From the IMG/VR virus record IMGVR_UViG_3300032024_000093, positions 1-42,757 of that record: DNA of 42,757 bases; one strand, written 5' to 3'. Positions 1 to 10,225 of this stretch are shown here, piece after piece; the first letter of the stretch is position 1; each line of letters opens with the position of its first letter. The position numbers and the translations under genes were made by a program. The DNA is from a virus (taxonomy: Duplodnaviria > Caudoviricetes). Under the pieces are notes generated by a model, which saw only the letters and a list, made by a program, of their open reading frames with translations, searched no databases and was not told where the DNA came from.

Positions 1-95
1 AGTGCCCGTCTCCGTGGCCGAGGCCCTTTCCGGCCTTCCGCGGCTTCGAAGCTGCCTGTCGCGCAGATCCAAGACGACGGACTCGCACGAGGCTT
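1..95. other. GC-rich foreign/chimeric contig tip
   Basis: Much higher GC than the rest of the window; identity with the far end starts abruptly at 96, in the middle of a gene. Confidence 0.75.
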
Positions 96-149
96 ATAGG
101 CAGATACTGATTCACGTCCAAGACCTGTTGCCATCGCAACATTTTGAGT
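96..149 (+). repeat. 54-bp exact direct repeat, copy 1 (circular assembly overlap)
   Basis: ATAGGCAGATACTGATTCACGTCCAAGACCTGTTGCCATCGCAACATTTTGAGT is identical to 42704-42757. Confidence 0.95.
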
Positions 150-1277
150 GAATTGATTGATAAGAGGAACACCAGAACCACCAGTGAACCCACTAAGGTT
201 GTTATACGCTGATTGGAGAGTGTCAAGAGCTTGATTGGCAGCCTGTGCAGATTTCTGCATCTGACCTCCAGTTGTACCGGTCTGTAGAATATTTGATGCA
301 TTAGCAACCGCTCTTGCATTACTTGCAACAATATCAAATGAGGGGCCAAGCGCTTGTTGAAGAGCATTGATACCAGCTTGACCATAAGCACCAAGTGCAG
401 CTACACCATCATCGTAACCCATAGTACCTGCTTGAACTTTCTGGGCAATATTTGACACCGCACTCTGAAGAGTTCCACCCACTCCCTGACCACCACCAAT
501 TGGTTGGCCAGTAGTTGGATCAACAAATTGATTTGAATATGGAACCTGTACAGGTGCAGCAATACCAGCACCCTGAAGAGCAGCCTGTCCAGACTGTTGA
601 AGTGCTTGTTGTTGTGCAGTGAGACCTGCTATTTGAGTACCTACATTTTGTTCAGCAATTCCAGACTGTCCAATTTTAACAGATCCAGAATAATTTGGAT
701 TTGCCATAACACCCTGTTTTGTCAAAGCTAGTTGCTTTCTCATTTCACCAACCTCACCTCCTACCTTAGCAGCCTCTTGTAGTTGTTGCTGTCCCTGATT
801 AAGGAATTGAGAAAATAGAGGGGTTGGTTGAGGTGCTTGTTGCTGAGGAGCAGGTTGAGATTTTGAAGCCTTTTCTTCACTTGCCATTCTATCTAGAGTA
901 GCAGAAATTCCTCTAGCTGTGTCCATTAGACCAGTAAGTGCTTGCTGGTTAACATTTGATTGAGACTGTGAAGACTGTGGAGTAGGTGATGGATTTTGAA
1001 CTGTAGAAGCATAAGCTTTAGGAGTAGATAGAGGGTTTGAAATAGTTGGAGTAGCTTTTGGCATCATGGTTTGATTAGCAGCAGGAGCTTGTCCCATTGA
1101 CTGATAGTTGTTCTGAGCTGGTTGTAATGATTGATACGGAGAAGTCTGCATCTTATTTATAAGAGCAGAATTAAGTGGAGAACCCTGAAGAGACTGGTAA
1201 TTACTAGTCGGTTGCTGTGTCGACTTGTATGATGGACTGGAACCCCCTAGTAGATTTGAAAATGATAGTGATGCCAT
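96..1277 (-). CDS. Gln/Ser/Ala-rich internal virion (ejection) protein, 5' part; continues across the circular junction to 42455 (about 476 aa in total)
   Basis: Missing from the ORF track. ATG at 1277 gives MASLSFSNLLGGSSPSYKSTQQPTSNYQSLQ...; in frame with the 42455..42742 ORF through the overlap; lies between adaptor and SLT ejection protein. Confidence 0.8.
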
Positions 1278-1294
1278 AGTTTTACTTTAACATA

Positions 1295-2419
1295 TTATTC
1301 GCTAGCATATATGAACAGATTTGGATTGACGGGTTGGGGCTGAGCACCTAGGTCGATGTTTCTTTGTTTGGTTCCAGCGTACTCCTCCAGCATGTCATAT
1401 CTCTTTTGATATTCTGCATCATATTGCTTAAACTTATTAAGGTCGGGAACTATTGAAGAGAAGTAGATTTTAAGTGCACCGTACACTAACATGTCGTGAA
1501 AGTCTTCCTGTAGAAGAGGAAGTTGCCCAATTTTATAGGTCGTACCTGTTGCAATATTGGGTGCATTAACAACAGGGAGGCTAAGTACAAGAGCAGTATC
1601 ACTACTTACTTGGTTGATTGGGTACCATATCCCATCACCATAGGGTGGATTGATCTTAAGGTTGAGGTTGTAGTAAGAAATGTCAGAACCTACAGGATAA
1701 CCAGCAGTTGCACTCCAACCAGTACCTGCTCCTGACACTGCAACACTTCCAGCAGATGCACCACCACTAGCAAGAGCACCAGTTTCATAATCTGCAAATG
1801 AAAGATCTGCTACTCTTACTTTATAATTGAACGTTACAATATTTCCAGTAGTTGATGGGATTGGGAAAATAGAAAGTTTACCGTTGTAGATAAAGCAATA
1901 CTGTGGAATGTCTGAGGTATAAGGAAGGAAGTTAATCTGATCCCACTCCTGTCGAGTGTGAACGAACATCGGTTGGAACTTCAATTGACCAACGTTGATC
2001 GTATCGTTAATAATTTTCGACACGTTTGCTGGTATATTATAGTCTTGAACTCCTAGCGTGTTAATTGTTACAGTCGCTGCTTCAAGGAGAGGATCTGCCC
2101 AGCTAATAGCAGCTGATCCATTCGTAAAGAGAACATATCTCTGTTCCCCACTAGAAAATGTTACATATTGTCTATACGTTGGATATGACCAAGCTGCAGT
2201 AAGTGTTCCAGTAGTGTCACCGATAATAAGTGCTCCTGTTAGTGTAAGTTCCTCACCCCCGATTGTTTGGAAAGTTACTGATCTTTCATTATCGAAAAAC
2301 TTCTGAATAAGATACCGATGTTGGTCGTTGATTAACTGACCACCAAGAGTGATGTTATCGTCAGAGCTATTCTGCGAAAGTGATCCAAACAAAGTTTTTA
2401 GTTGTGTGAATGTTTTCAT
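1295..2419 (-). CDS. Putative head-tail adaptor / tail tubular protein with inserted beta domains
   Basis: C-terminal LPLLQEDFHDMLVYGALKIYF helix and FPIPS motif typical of podovirus adaptors; position in the tail module. Confidence 0.6.
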   Translation of the reverse strand: MKTFTQLKTLFGSLSQNSSDDNITLGGQLINDQHRYLIQKFFDNERSVTFQTIGGEELTLTGALIIGDTTGTLTAAWSYPTYRQYVTFSSGEQRYVLFTNGSAAISWADPLLEAATVTINTLGVQDYNIPANVSKIINDTINVGQLKFQPMFVHTRQEWDQINFLPYTSDIPQYCFIYNGKLSIFPIPSTTGNIVTFNYKVRVADLSFADYETGALASGGASAGSVAVSGAGTGWSATAGYPVGSDISYYNLNLKINPPYGDGIWYPINQVSSDTALVLSLPVVNAPNIATGTTYKIGQLPLLQEDFHDMLVYGALKIYFSSIVPDLNKFKQYDAEYQKRYDMLEEYAGTKQRNIDLGAQPQPVNPNLFIYASE

Positions 2420-2429
2420 TGCATTTTTA

Positions 2430-2888
2430 TTATATCACGCTATCTACATTAAAACCGATCCACTCTCCAACCCCCGTGGGGCCCTCTATTACCTTGACCC
2501 ATAGAGTACTCAACACATTCCCATTTGAAAATGCAACCATTGTACCGACTGGTGCATCTCCTCCATTAAAAGCACCTTGTACCCCGGGTCCATTTCCCTG
2601 AATTACTGGAATTCGACCAATAACTGCAATCTCTGGATTTGCTAAATATTGAGCAGGTCTAATCACACCAGTGTCACTACCTGTTGGAGTTAACTGGTTT
2701 AGAAAGTTAACACCGCCTTCCATCTGACGAACTGGTATCACCCCATCAACATCTGCAATATTTATTCTAAGATTGTCATTGCCGTTGTGAGAATGTGGAG
2801 CAATTTGAGGATCTCCACTTCGATAACCATGATCCATTTCTTCTTGGATCATTCTCCTTATTTCTGCTTTTTGTTCTTCGTTAAACAT
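2430..2888 (-). CDS. Tail-associated structural protein
   Basis: 152 aa; HSHNGND motif common in phage fibre proteins; abuts the nozzle gene. Confidence 0.45.
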   Translation of the reverse strand: MFNEEQKAEIRRMIQEEMDHGYRSGDPQIAPHSHNGNDNLRINIADVDGVIPVRQMEGGVNFLNQLTPTGSDTGVIRPAQYLANPEIAVIGRIPVIQGNGPGVQGAFNGGDAPVGTMVAFSNGNVLSTLWVKVIEGPTGVGEWIGFNVDSVI

Positions 2889-5197
2889 TATCTTATTCTT
2901 ATTTCTCTAATAGGGACAAATGATGAAATTGCAGCATCAGTATTACAGGACACTAAAATCTTAAACTGAGCCCATTGCCATTTTTCAAATGGAATCTGCT
3001 GAAAACAATCAGCAAGTAATGTGGTTGTCGTGGTTCCAATCAGCGTATAGTTTGCTGTTAGTGAGTTTCTTGCATATACAGCAATTGAATCTCCAGTAGC
3101 CATCGGTCTATCAAGTTTAAATTCAATACTTGAAAATGTTCGAGGTTGTAAGAAAGTTCCTATTGGTATTAAGTCTGTCTCGATCATTGCTTCATCATCA
3201 GTATACAGATCAGTGTCATTGTACTCTATCGTGGTCACAGTTGCTCCATAAGCAGAATAATACTTGTCATATTTTATAGTCTGGTCAGACACATCAATTA
3301 GGAATCCACCACCGTCAATTCCAGTAGGGGCAAGACCTCCAGAGTATTGATTTTCCATGTTAAGAGCTGCAGTATCTAAATCCAGACTAAAGTAGCCACC
3401 AAATATAACAGAACCAGAGTCACTATTAAAGGCTGTGGCTTGGAAATATAGCTTCTGCCTGTGTTGCATAACACCCCCGATGATCCATGCTGGATCAATT
3501 ACTCCAGCAACATAGTCTGGTAACTTGGCAAATCTACTTATAGAATATCCATTTGAAATATAAATATTGCCTTTGTTTCCAGCAAAGATATAGATGTTGT
3601 TAAGTATGTTTATCGACTTATTGATTTCTTCATCTAGAGGTACTGGGGTGTTCCAAAATGGATTCACGAAATCCCATGGGTATATATAATACTGCCCCTG
3701 AACTATTAACTGATCTCGTAATTCTGTCATATCAACGACTTCTTCGTAAGTTGGGAGGCTAAGAATATTTGCATAGAAAGTAAATGTCTTAAAGTCATTC
3801 TTGTTAAATCTTTGATTGATATTAAGAGTCATAGCACCTAACATTGATCCATTTCCAAAGTAAAAGTCTCCAGTATTTTGAGCAATATCAGACGGATGAT
3901 TTAGAGATGCATTGTTAAAAAGAGTGTTTGCAAGTGTTCCACCCCAATAAGTATCATGTGATGCATCATCCGCTATGTCATTAAGGGCTGGAAACCACGT
4001 AACGTAAGGAGATCCCTGTGTAAAGTTAGCAACAACAGTCTGTGTTCTGCCGTTTGCAAAGTTAATTTGAAGATTGTAAACACCAGTCGGACTGTTCCAC
4101 ACTGCTTGAGTAGTATTTGTACCGTCTACACATGTCGAAATGGTACCAGACGTATCACCAACCTGGGGGGTTGTAGTAAATGATATGTTAGCATCGTTTC
4201 TAATAGGCCACGTTCCATAGATTGTAGTAAACGTCTGTGTTCCACTTTGAGAACCAGATGTGTTTATTGACGTACCGGCAATTGCATTCGCATAAGATGA
4301 TGAGACCTGGAATTCATCAGCCGTTAAACCAGCAGAAGACACGAAATACCTAGTACCTGCTACGAGACCCGTTGGGAGAGCCCCTGTTGTCTGAAATCTA
4401 ACCTGTTGACCAACAATAAGCCCATGTCCAGTTGCGGAAACAACACCGGGAGTTGCTATAGTAATAGTGCAGGTTACTGGAACATCAGCTGCAGTATTCC
4501 AATTTGATGAAGTAATAGTAGAGTCACCTGCTCCAGTACCACATATTTCAAATCTACCAGTTCCTCCTGATTGACCCATCACGAATAGATAATCATTCCA
4601 ATATTGTATTCCAGTAATTGGCTGATCGAAGTTTCCAGTAAGGTGTTGGAAGATTGATCCATTTGCTGCAGTTTGCTTGTATATATTTCTTGCATCATCA
4701 ACGAAATAGATCACACCAGCAGGACTCTTAGTATCATATAAAGGCTTACCAGTCACCACCCTAAATGTATGAATTCCACTCTGAGAACCAGATGTGTTTA
4801 TTGCAGACCCACCACGTGTTAATGATAGTTCAAACTCAGTAGCAGATAGACCTGCAGAAATAACATAGTACGTAATACCAGTAGATAGTCCAGTAGGGAG
4901 TGCTCCGGTTGTTTCTAAAGTGATAGTTTCTCCTGCAATTAGTCCATGACTTGCAGATGTAAATATTGCAGGTGTTGCCACTGATACAGTGAAAGCCTGA
5001 GACGAAACTCCAGCACTGTTATTTATTGTAGCAGCTTTTCTTTTGTAATTCACGTATGCGACACCCTCGTAATACTTGATATTGAAATTACGAATGTTAG
5101 CAATTCCCTTAAATGGAGAAGGTGCAATTCCTTTTTCCCAACCATCGATAACTATATCCTCCTGTCCATTTTTATTTTTTTCTAGACGATATGCCAT
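2888..5197 (-). CDS. Putative tail nozzle/stabilisation (beta-propeller) protein with two inserted ~80-aa repeat domains
   Basis: 769 aa, beta-rich; duplicated ATP..HGL..G..TTGALPTGL..G..Y(Y/F)V..INTSGSQSG module. Confidence 0.65.
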   Translation of the reverse strand: MAYRLEKNKNGQEDIVIDGWEKGIAPSPFKGIANIRNFNIKYYEGVAYVNYKRKAATINNSAGVSSQAFTVSVATPAIFTSASHGLIAGETITLETTGALPTGLSTGITYYVISAGLSATEFELSLTRGGSAINTSGSQSGIHTFRVVTGKPLYDTKSPAGVIYFVDDARNIYKQTAANGSIFQHLTGNFDQPITGIQYWNDYLFVMGQSGGTGRFEICGTGAGDSTITSSNWNTAADVPVTCTITIATPGVVSATGHGLIVGQQVRFQTTGALPTGLVAGTRYFVSSAGLTADEFQVSSSYANAIAGTSINTSGSQSGTQTFTTIYGTWPIRNDANISFTTTPQVGDTSGTISTCVDGTNTTQAVWNSPTGVYNLQINFANGRTQTVVANFTQGSPYVTWFPALNDIADDASHDTYWGGTLANTLFNNASLNHPSDIAQNTGDFYFGNGSMLGAMTLNINQRFNKNDFKTFTFYANILSLPTYEEVVDMTELRDQLIVQGQYYIYPWDFVNPFWNTPVPLDEEINKSINILNNIYIFAGNKGNIYISNGYSISRFAKLPDYVAGVIDPAWIIGGVMQHRQKLYFQATAFNSDSGSVIFGGYFSLDLDTAALNMENQYSGGLAPTGIDGGGFLIDVSDQTIKYDKYYSAYGATVTTIEYNDTDLYTDDEAMIETDLIPIGTFLQPRTFSSIEFKLDRPMATGDSIAVYARNSLTANYTLIGTTTTTLLADCFQQIPFEKWQWAQFKILVSCNTDAAISSFVPIREIRIR

Positions 5198-5209
5198 AGT
5201 GGCATTATA

Positions 5210-5764
5210 TCATAATAGTTTTGAACACCGCTCATCAACTACCTGTATATAATCGTAATGACCTGGTTGCATTGATAGCCTATCAGGTGCGTAAGCAGAA
5301 GGTAAGTCAACGATAGGCAATATCATCCGATTCTGGGGATAGTTTAGGTACGTAAAGATTCTTTCAGTCTCCCTCTTATAGACCTCGTCTTCTCCATATA
5401 CATCTCTATATTTCTGTAAAGATTCTAGTAGTTTCTTTGGGAAGATAGAACCCCAACCAAGACCCATTGTCATTTTCAGAGTAGAGTACTGTTCAAAGTG
5501 TTGACGTTTCATTGCCACGTTAATAATTCTAGGATCTGTCTTTTCCGCCAGTTCTCTAACAGGGCATATTGCGTCATCATCCTGGTAATATATAAGATCA
5601 TGCTTTGCTTTTGCAAACAATTCATGCTTTCGGTGAGGGCTGTCACAGTTGGTGCTAATCAGAATCTCACCAAATTCATATTGAGAGAGGTGCTGGATGA
5701 TTTCCGGTGGGTACTTTTTATCCTTTGTAATGAGGCAACAAGTTACTTTAGAGAGGTCTATCAT
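5210..5764 (-). CDS. Small GT-A fold glycosyltransferase
   Basis: AKHDLIYYQDDDAI DxD motif; last gene of the glycosylation cassette. Confidence 0.7.
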   Translation of the reverse strand: MIDLSKVTCCLITKDKKYPPEIIQHLSQYEFGEILISTNCDSPHRKHELFAKAKHDLIYYQDDDAICPVRELAEKTDPRIINVAMKRQHFEQYSTLKMTMGLGWGSIFPKKLLESLQKYRDVYGEDEVYKRETERIFTYLNYPQNRMILPIVDLPSAYAPDRLSMQPGHYDYIQVVDERCSKLL

Positions 5765-6297
5765 TTCTTTTCAAATAAATAGAAGTAAAGTTCTCCATCT
5801 TCCTCTACAATTTCTCTAATAAGAGGTTCTCCGAATCTTTTATAATCAAACTTTCTAATACGAACGTGGTTGTCTTTTTGTTCATCTCTCTCATAAGCAG
5901 TCACTACTAAGTATTTAGTCCATGCACTTTCTAATTTTGAAAGTAACTTCTCAACATCTTCTTCTTCGAAGACATGAAATAGAACATCTACACATAATAG
6001 TAGATCTGATTTTTCAAATGGAGTATTTTCATTGATAGTAATAAATCTATAACGAGGGTACAGTAATTGATTCCTATCAACAACTACATTAGAGATGTCA
6101 TATCCGACATAATTAGATGGGTGCCTTTCTAAAATATTCTTACCAAAATTAAAATCCCCACAACCTACTTCTGTGACGGTATTGAAGTCTAGTGGGCAAA
6201 TCCAGTCAAGCTTCTTTTTAAGCTGTTCACCATAGGATCCATAGCCGCTATTTCCAATTTGGTACCTATTGTTCCAATATTCTTTTTCTCTATTCAT
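5761..6297 (-). CDS. Class I SAM-dependent methyltransferase
   Basis: YWNNRY..GNSGYGS, VTEVGCGD, YVGYDIS and DLLLCVDVLFH motifs. Confidence 0.85.
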   Translation of the reverse strand: MNREKEYWNNRYQIGNSGYGSYGEQLKKKLDWICPLDFNTVTEVGCGDFNFGKNILERHPSNYVGYDISNVVVDRNQLLYPRYRFITINENTPFEKSDLLLCVDVLFHVFEEEDVEKLLSKLESAWTKYLVVTAYERDEQKDNHVRIRKFDYKRFGEPLIREIVEEDGELYFYLFEKK

Positions 6298-7012
6298 TGA
6301 TTATACGTCTTATGCCTTCTTCTAATGACACTTTACAGGGTACTGGGTTGTGGCATTGAATACCTTTGGAGTAGCCCACTGGTGCTGGATTGTACTTAAT
6401 AACACCCTCTATATCTAATTGGCTCTGTATCTCTTTTATAATTTCATTAAAACTTACTGGGTTACCAGGACCGACGTCCATGATTCCTGTTCTAGAGTAT
6501 TCGATAGCACTAATGATATTGTCAACTACATCATCAACGTGTATAAAGTCTCTTGTCTGGGTTCCATCTCCATTCACTGAAATGGGAAAACCTGCTTTCA
6601 TCTTTCTACACCACTGACTAATTACAGTTCGGTTCTCACCATTCCCATAGACTGGAAAAATCCTCAGACCGAGAGTTCTACCACCATAAGCTTCAGCCAT
6701 TTGCTCCAATATCATCTTGCAGTTACGGAAAGAACTTTTCTTTTCTGTTTCATACACTAGAGCACTAGAGGCATAGATAAATAGTATGTCATGCTGTTTG
6801 CAGTAAGGTAGTAGAAACTGAAAACTTGCAAGAGCTTCTCCCATGTGATAGTCTGTATTCTTGTCAAACTCTACATGAGTAGGAGATGCTAAATGAATAA
6901 TAGCATCACACTCTGGGGAAGGATTAGAACTAATAGAATGACCAAGAGCCTCTAACTTCTTTGCTAGAGTAGATCCAATCAAACCATGTCTTCCTATTAT
7001 TGCATATACCAT
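6290..7012 (-). CDS. NAD-dependent epimerase/reductase (extended SDR), short and degenerate
   Basis: GRHGLIG, IIHLA, YASSALVY, LRIFPVYG, GDGTQTRDFIHVDD; the YxxxK motif appears as FRNCK. Confidence 0.8.
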   Translation of the reverse strand: MVYAIIGRHGLIGSTLAKKLEALGHSISSNPSPECDAIIHLASPTHVEFDKNTDYHMGEALASFQFLLPYCKQHDILFIYASSALVYETEKKSSFRNCKMILEQMAEAYGGRTLGLRIFPVYGNGENRTVISQWCRKMKAGFPISVNGDGTQTRDFIHVDDVVDNIISAIEYSRTGIMDVGPGNPVSFNEIIKEIQSQLDIEGVIKYNPAPVGYSKGIQCHNPVPCKVSLEEGIRRIINE

Positions 7013-7944
7013 AGCATTTTCTTAACTAGTTCAATACCCTTAACTTTAGCTTCCCAACCAAGTTTCTTTTTGGCCTTGGTAGCATCACCTCTAAGAACTG
7101 GAACGTCTTGTGGTCTTTTGTAGTGAGGATCTATTATGACTTTTAATTCCTTTCCTGTCTCTTTTTCAACCCAACCAATAAATTCCCGAACCGTGTGGGT
7201 TTCTCCAGTAGCTACGACGTAGTCATCTGGTTGGTCCTGTTGTAACATCAACCAAGCCTGCTCCATGTATTCAGGAGCATATCCCCAGTCTCTTGAAGCA
7301 TCTAGATTTCCAAGTCGGACCTCTCCCCTCTTAACAGCATTTGTAATCTTCTTAGTAACAAAGTTATCTCCTCGTCTTGGGCCTTCGTGGTTGAAAAGTA
7401 TTCCGTTGCAGATAAACATACCAAATGCATCTCTATAGTTCTTTGCTATTTGGAATCCATAGAGCTTAGCAGTCCCGTAAGGTGATGCTGGGTTCTTAGG
7501 AGTATCTTCATTTTGAGGAACCTCTGATGGATCTCCAGAAAATAGCTCGGATGTTGAAGCTTGGTAGATCTTACATTTAAGTTCTAGAAATCGAATGGAT
7601 TCAAGTAGATTAAGTACTCCAATTCCAGTGGTTTGGGCAGTATAATATGGAATGTCCCACGATACTCCTACGTGAGTCTGAGCAGCAAGATTATAAACCT
7701 CATCTGGCTTAACTTTCTTAAGTATTCTTAAGATAGAAAACACGTCAGTCATATCTCCATAGTGAAGAAAGTTCTCACGGGTTCCTTCTGGGAATAGATG
7801 GTCAATTCGTTGCCTGTTGAAGGTAGAAGATGGACGTACTAGACCATGAACTTCATAGCCTTTTGATTTTAACAACTCTGCTAGATGACTCCCATCTTGC
7901 CCAGTTATACCAGTGATTAGTGCGATTTTAGACATTTTGGCCAT
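6997..7944 (-). CDS. gmd: GDP-mannose 4,6-dehydratase
   Basis: ALITGITGQDGSHLAELL, YNLAAQTHV, YQASTSELF, SPYGTAKLY, NGILFNHE, FVTKKIT, LGNLDASRDWG. Confidence 0.95.
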   Translation of the reverse strand: MAKMSKIALITGITGQDGSHLAELLKSKGYEVHGLVRPSSTFNRQRIDHLFPEGTRENFLHYGDMTDVFSILRILKKVKPDEVYNLAAQTHVGVSWDIPYYTAQTTGIGVLNLLESIRFLELKCKIYQASTSELFSGDPSEVPQNEDTPKNPASPYGTAKLYGFQIAKNYRDAFGMFICNGILFNHEGPRRGDNFVTKKITNAVKRGEVRLGNLDASRDWGYAPEYMEQAWLMLQQDQPDDYVVATGETHTVREFIGWVEKETGKELKVIIDPHYKRPQDVPVLRGDATKAKKKLGWEAKVKGIELVKKMLWYMQ

Positions 7945-9263
7945 TCTTTAGTTCTTAAAAAATGATAATACATAATCTGTCTTCCGATGAAAGGACGTGC
8001 ATGCTCCCAATCTGGAGGTGCCACGTCTTTCAATAGTTCCCACAGAGATCCATCAGATTTGATCTCTAATTTGACCTCTGGAACCTGGTGTTCTAAACGG
8101 TCATGACTATGTAACGGATAGTATTCTGGGTATCCGATTTTGAATCGTTTTTTGACGTCTTCTGATCGTATCAGTGTGGTCATGTCATATTCATCTGTAC
8201 CGAATAGTTTATGAGTAGTGAACTTTTCTTCCCAGTCCGGTATTTCCCGGAAAAGGTTGTTAAGTTCTTGTATATTTCGGAAGAGACAAAAGACTCCATT
8301 TATGGTATTAACGTCATCAGTGAATACGTCCATCTTGCTTAAAGCATGGTCAGGAATGAACCTAGAAAGGTCTCCATAGACAACGTCCCAGTTAGTCATT
8401 CCCCAGTAGTCGAATCCCCTGATATAATCCTCGAATAATTGACCAGATGCAACGTAATAGTCACTAACATTCTTCTTTGGGAAACCTTCTTCGGTTAGAT
8501 AGTTTGCTGGATCTACTCCAATCTTCGCCTTTGCCATTACATTGAACTGTTCTATTGTCATATCTATAATCTCAACGTTCCATGGTACATTTTCGTACTT
8601 GTTTGGTGTGAAAATCTTCCAGTACCACCCTCTTTCACCGAGTCTTTCTAAATGTTGAATATATTGATCTGACCAGCTATGTTTTCCTCCAAACTGAGTC
8701 AAAATGAATACTTTTCGGAGTTTCTTACCAATTAACCATTCGTTTTTACCATAAATTGATTGAAAATGGGGAAAGTTAATCATTCTCTGTGATACATAGC
8801 AGTCTAGTGCTTTATTTTTGATCTCAGTTTCTTCTGGGGTCGGTATAATTTCCTGCTCTCCTGTCGTGTGGAGTTCTGTTTTCGTATAGGTTGTGTAGTA
8901 GACGACCTTTGCTCCCCATCTCTTTGTTGCTGCAATACTAACCATGTCGTGATGTGGGCTTCCTCCTTGTAAAGCAGGAGCATAAACAATGTCAAACCCG
9001 TGAAGTGAATCAAACTCTTTCTCTATTTGATCTTGAGTTACTGTATCATCATGCAACCCAAGTCTCAAAGTCTTGCACCCCAATATCTTATTAGCCTCTT
9101 CTGTCTCTTTAGCCCTATCTTCAGGAGAACAACCCTTCTCACCTCTAGCCTGTTGAATATAAGAGTCTGTTACGATACATACTAGAGGCTTTTCTCTAAT
9201 ACATGTAAAGGCTCCGAAAAGTGCTTGGTCATCGTCATGTGGTGATAAGAATAGTGATTTCAT
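7917..9263 (-). CDS. PIG-L/LmbE family deacetylase fused to a glycosyltransferase-like (DUF6625-like) domain
   Basis: N-terminal LSPHDDD and PHHD metal motifs; C-terminal FDYWGMTNWDVVYGDL. Confidence 0.75.
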   Translation of the reverse strand: MKSLFLSPHDDDQALFGAFTCIREKPLVCIVTDSYIQQARGEKGCSPEDRAKETEEANKILGCKTLRLGLHDDTVTQDQIEKEFDSLHGFDIVYAPALQGGSPHHDMVSIAATKRWGAKVVYYTTYTKTELHTTGEQEIIPTPEETEIKNKALDCYVSQRMINFPHFQSIYGKNEWLIGKKLRKVFILTQFGGKHSWSDQYIQHLERLGERGWYWKIFTPNKYENVPWNVEIIDMTIEQFNVMAKAKIGVDPANYLTEEGFPKKNVSDYYVASGQLFEDYIRGFDYWGMTNWDVVYGDLSRFIPDHALSKMDVFTDDVNTINGVFCLFRNIQELNNLFREIPDWEEKFTTHKLFGTDEYDMTTLIRSEDVKKRFKIGYPEYYPLHSHDRLEHQVPEVKLEIKSDGSLWELLKDVAPPDWEHARPFIGRQIMYYHFLRTKEWPKCLKSH

Positions 9264-10180
9264 TTTGCTATTTCTCTTACGAAGATAACATTTCTATTGT
9301 TTGCGGTTTCAGCCATGACTCTCCATTGCTTTGCATTTGCCTCCCATTCTTCATTTCCAGTACCTTCACCAGAGATCATAGCCATGTGAACTATTGCTTC
9401 TTTAAAGTTAGCATTGAGCTTTATTGCCTGGAGACATGCATCTCTAGAATCCTCTCCCATTCTTAGTTTCCAGTAACATACTGACATCATCAAGAATGCT
9501 TCAGCTTTTTCTGGAATATATTTTGACTTTTGTACATACTGTCCGAGTATCAAAACTGCTTTATCAAACCAATTTCTATAATAATATTCACGACCAAGGT
9601 AGAACTTCTCCCTGACAGCATTTGGATCCTCTTTACATACTCTTTCTAGGATACGAAGGGCTCTATTAGGATCTAGAAGGTGGGCTGGACTGTAACCGTA
9701 GGTAATTCTTACATCTCCCACGTCTTCTCCATATACACTCACGTGGTTGTGAATATCTCCAACCCAGAAAACCCTATCATCTCTCTTGAAGAGCCTTGGA
9801 AATAAGTGGAGCTGGTTGCTATCCTCTGCAAATAACTTACAGTTGACTGCTAGATGATCTTTTTCGATGGCAAGCGTAACAGCCTGTTCTACCTCAAACC
9901 ATGAATGAAGAAACTCATCAGCATCGATAGAAAGAATCCAATCTCCGGTAGCTTTTTTTAGTGCATGATTCCTTGCCTTGCAGAAACTATCTTCCCATTT
10001 ATAATCTTCAAATACTTTGTCTGTATACTTCTTTGCAATTTCTACAGTCTTATCAGAGCTTCCAGTGTCTACTATTATAATTTCATAAGCACCTTCTACA
10101 GACCTAAGGCATCGGTCTAGTACCGCTTCCTCATTCTTAACAATCATCACAACACTTATTTTAGAATTGGTCGATTCCAT
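9260..10180 (-). CDS. GT2 glycosyltransferase with C-terminal TPR repeats
   Basis: ISVVMIVKNEE..L.RCL.S, IIIVDTGSSDKT, ARNHAL, WILSIDADE, FYLGREYY. Confidence 0.92.
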   Translation of the reverse strand: MESTNSKISVVMIVKNEEAVLDRCLRSVEGAYEIIIVDTGSSDKTVEIAKKYTDKVFEDYKWEDSFCKARNHALKKATGDWILSIDADEFLHSWFEVEQAVTLAIEKDHLAVNCKLFAEDSNQLHLFPRLFKRDDRVFWVGDIHNHVSVYGEDVGDVRITYGYSPAHLLDPNRALRILERVCKEDPNAVREKFYLGREYYYRNWFDKAVLILGQYVQKSKYIPEKAEAFLMMSVCYWKLRMGEDSRDACLQAIKLNANFKEAIVHMAMISGEGTGNEEWEANAKQWRVMAETANNRNVIFVREIAK

Positions 10181-10186
10181 ACTGAT

Positions 10187-10214
10187 ATTCTATTACATCT
10201 ATAGATAGTGTAAA
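10187..10214 (-). promoter_or_regulatory. sigma70-like promoter for the glycosylation cassette (probably leaderless)
   Basis: TTTACA-16 nt-TAGAAT, then 6 nt, then the ATG at 10180. Confidence 0.6.
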
Positions 10215-10225
10215 TACCAAAACTG

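Noticed and set aside
96-149. Terminal repeat as attL/attR or physical DTR
   Set aside because: Falls inside a structural gene, no integrase seen, and the length fits an assembly overlap
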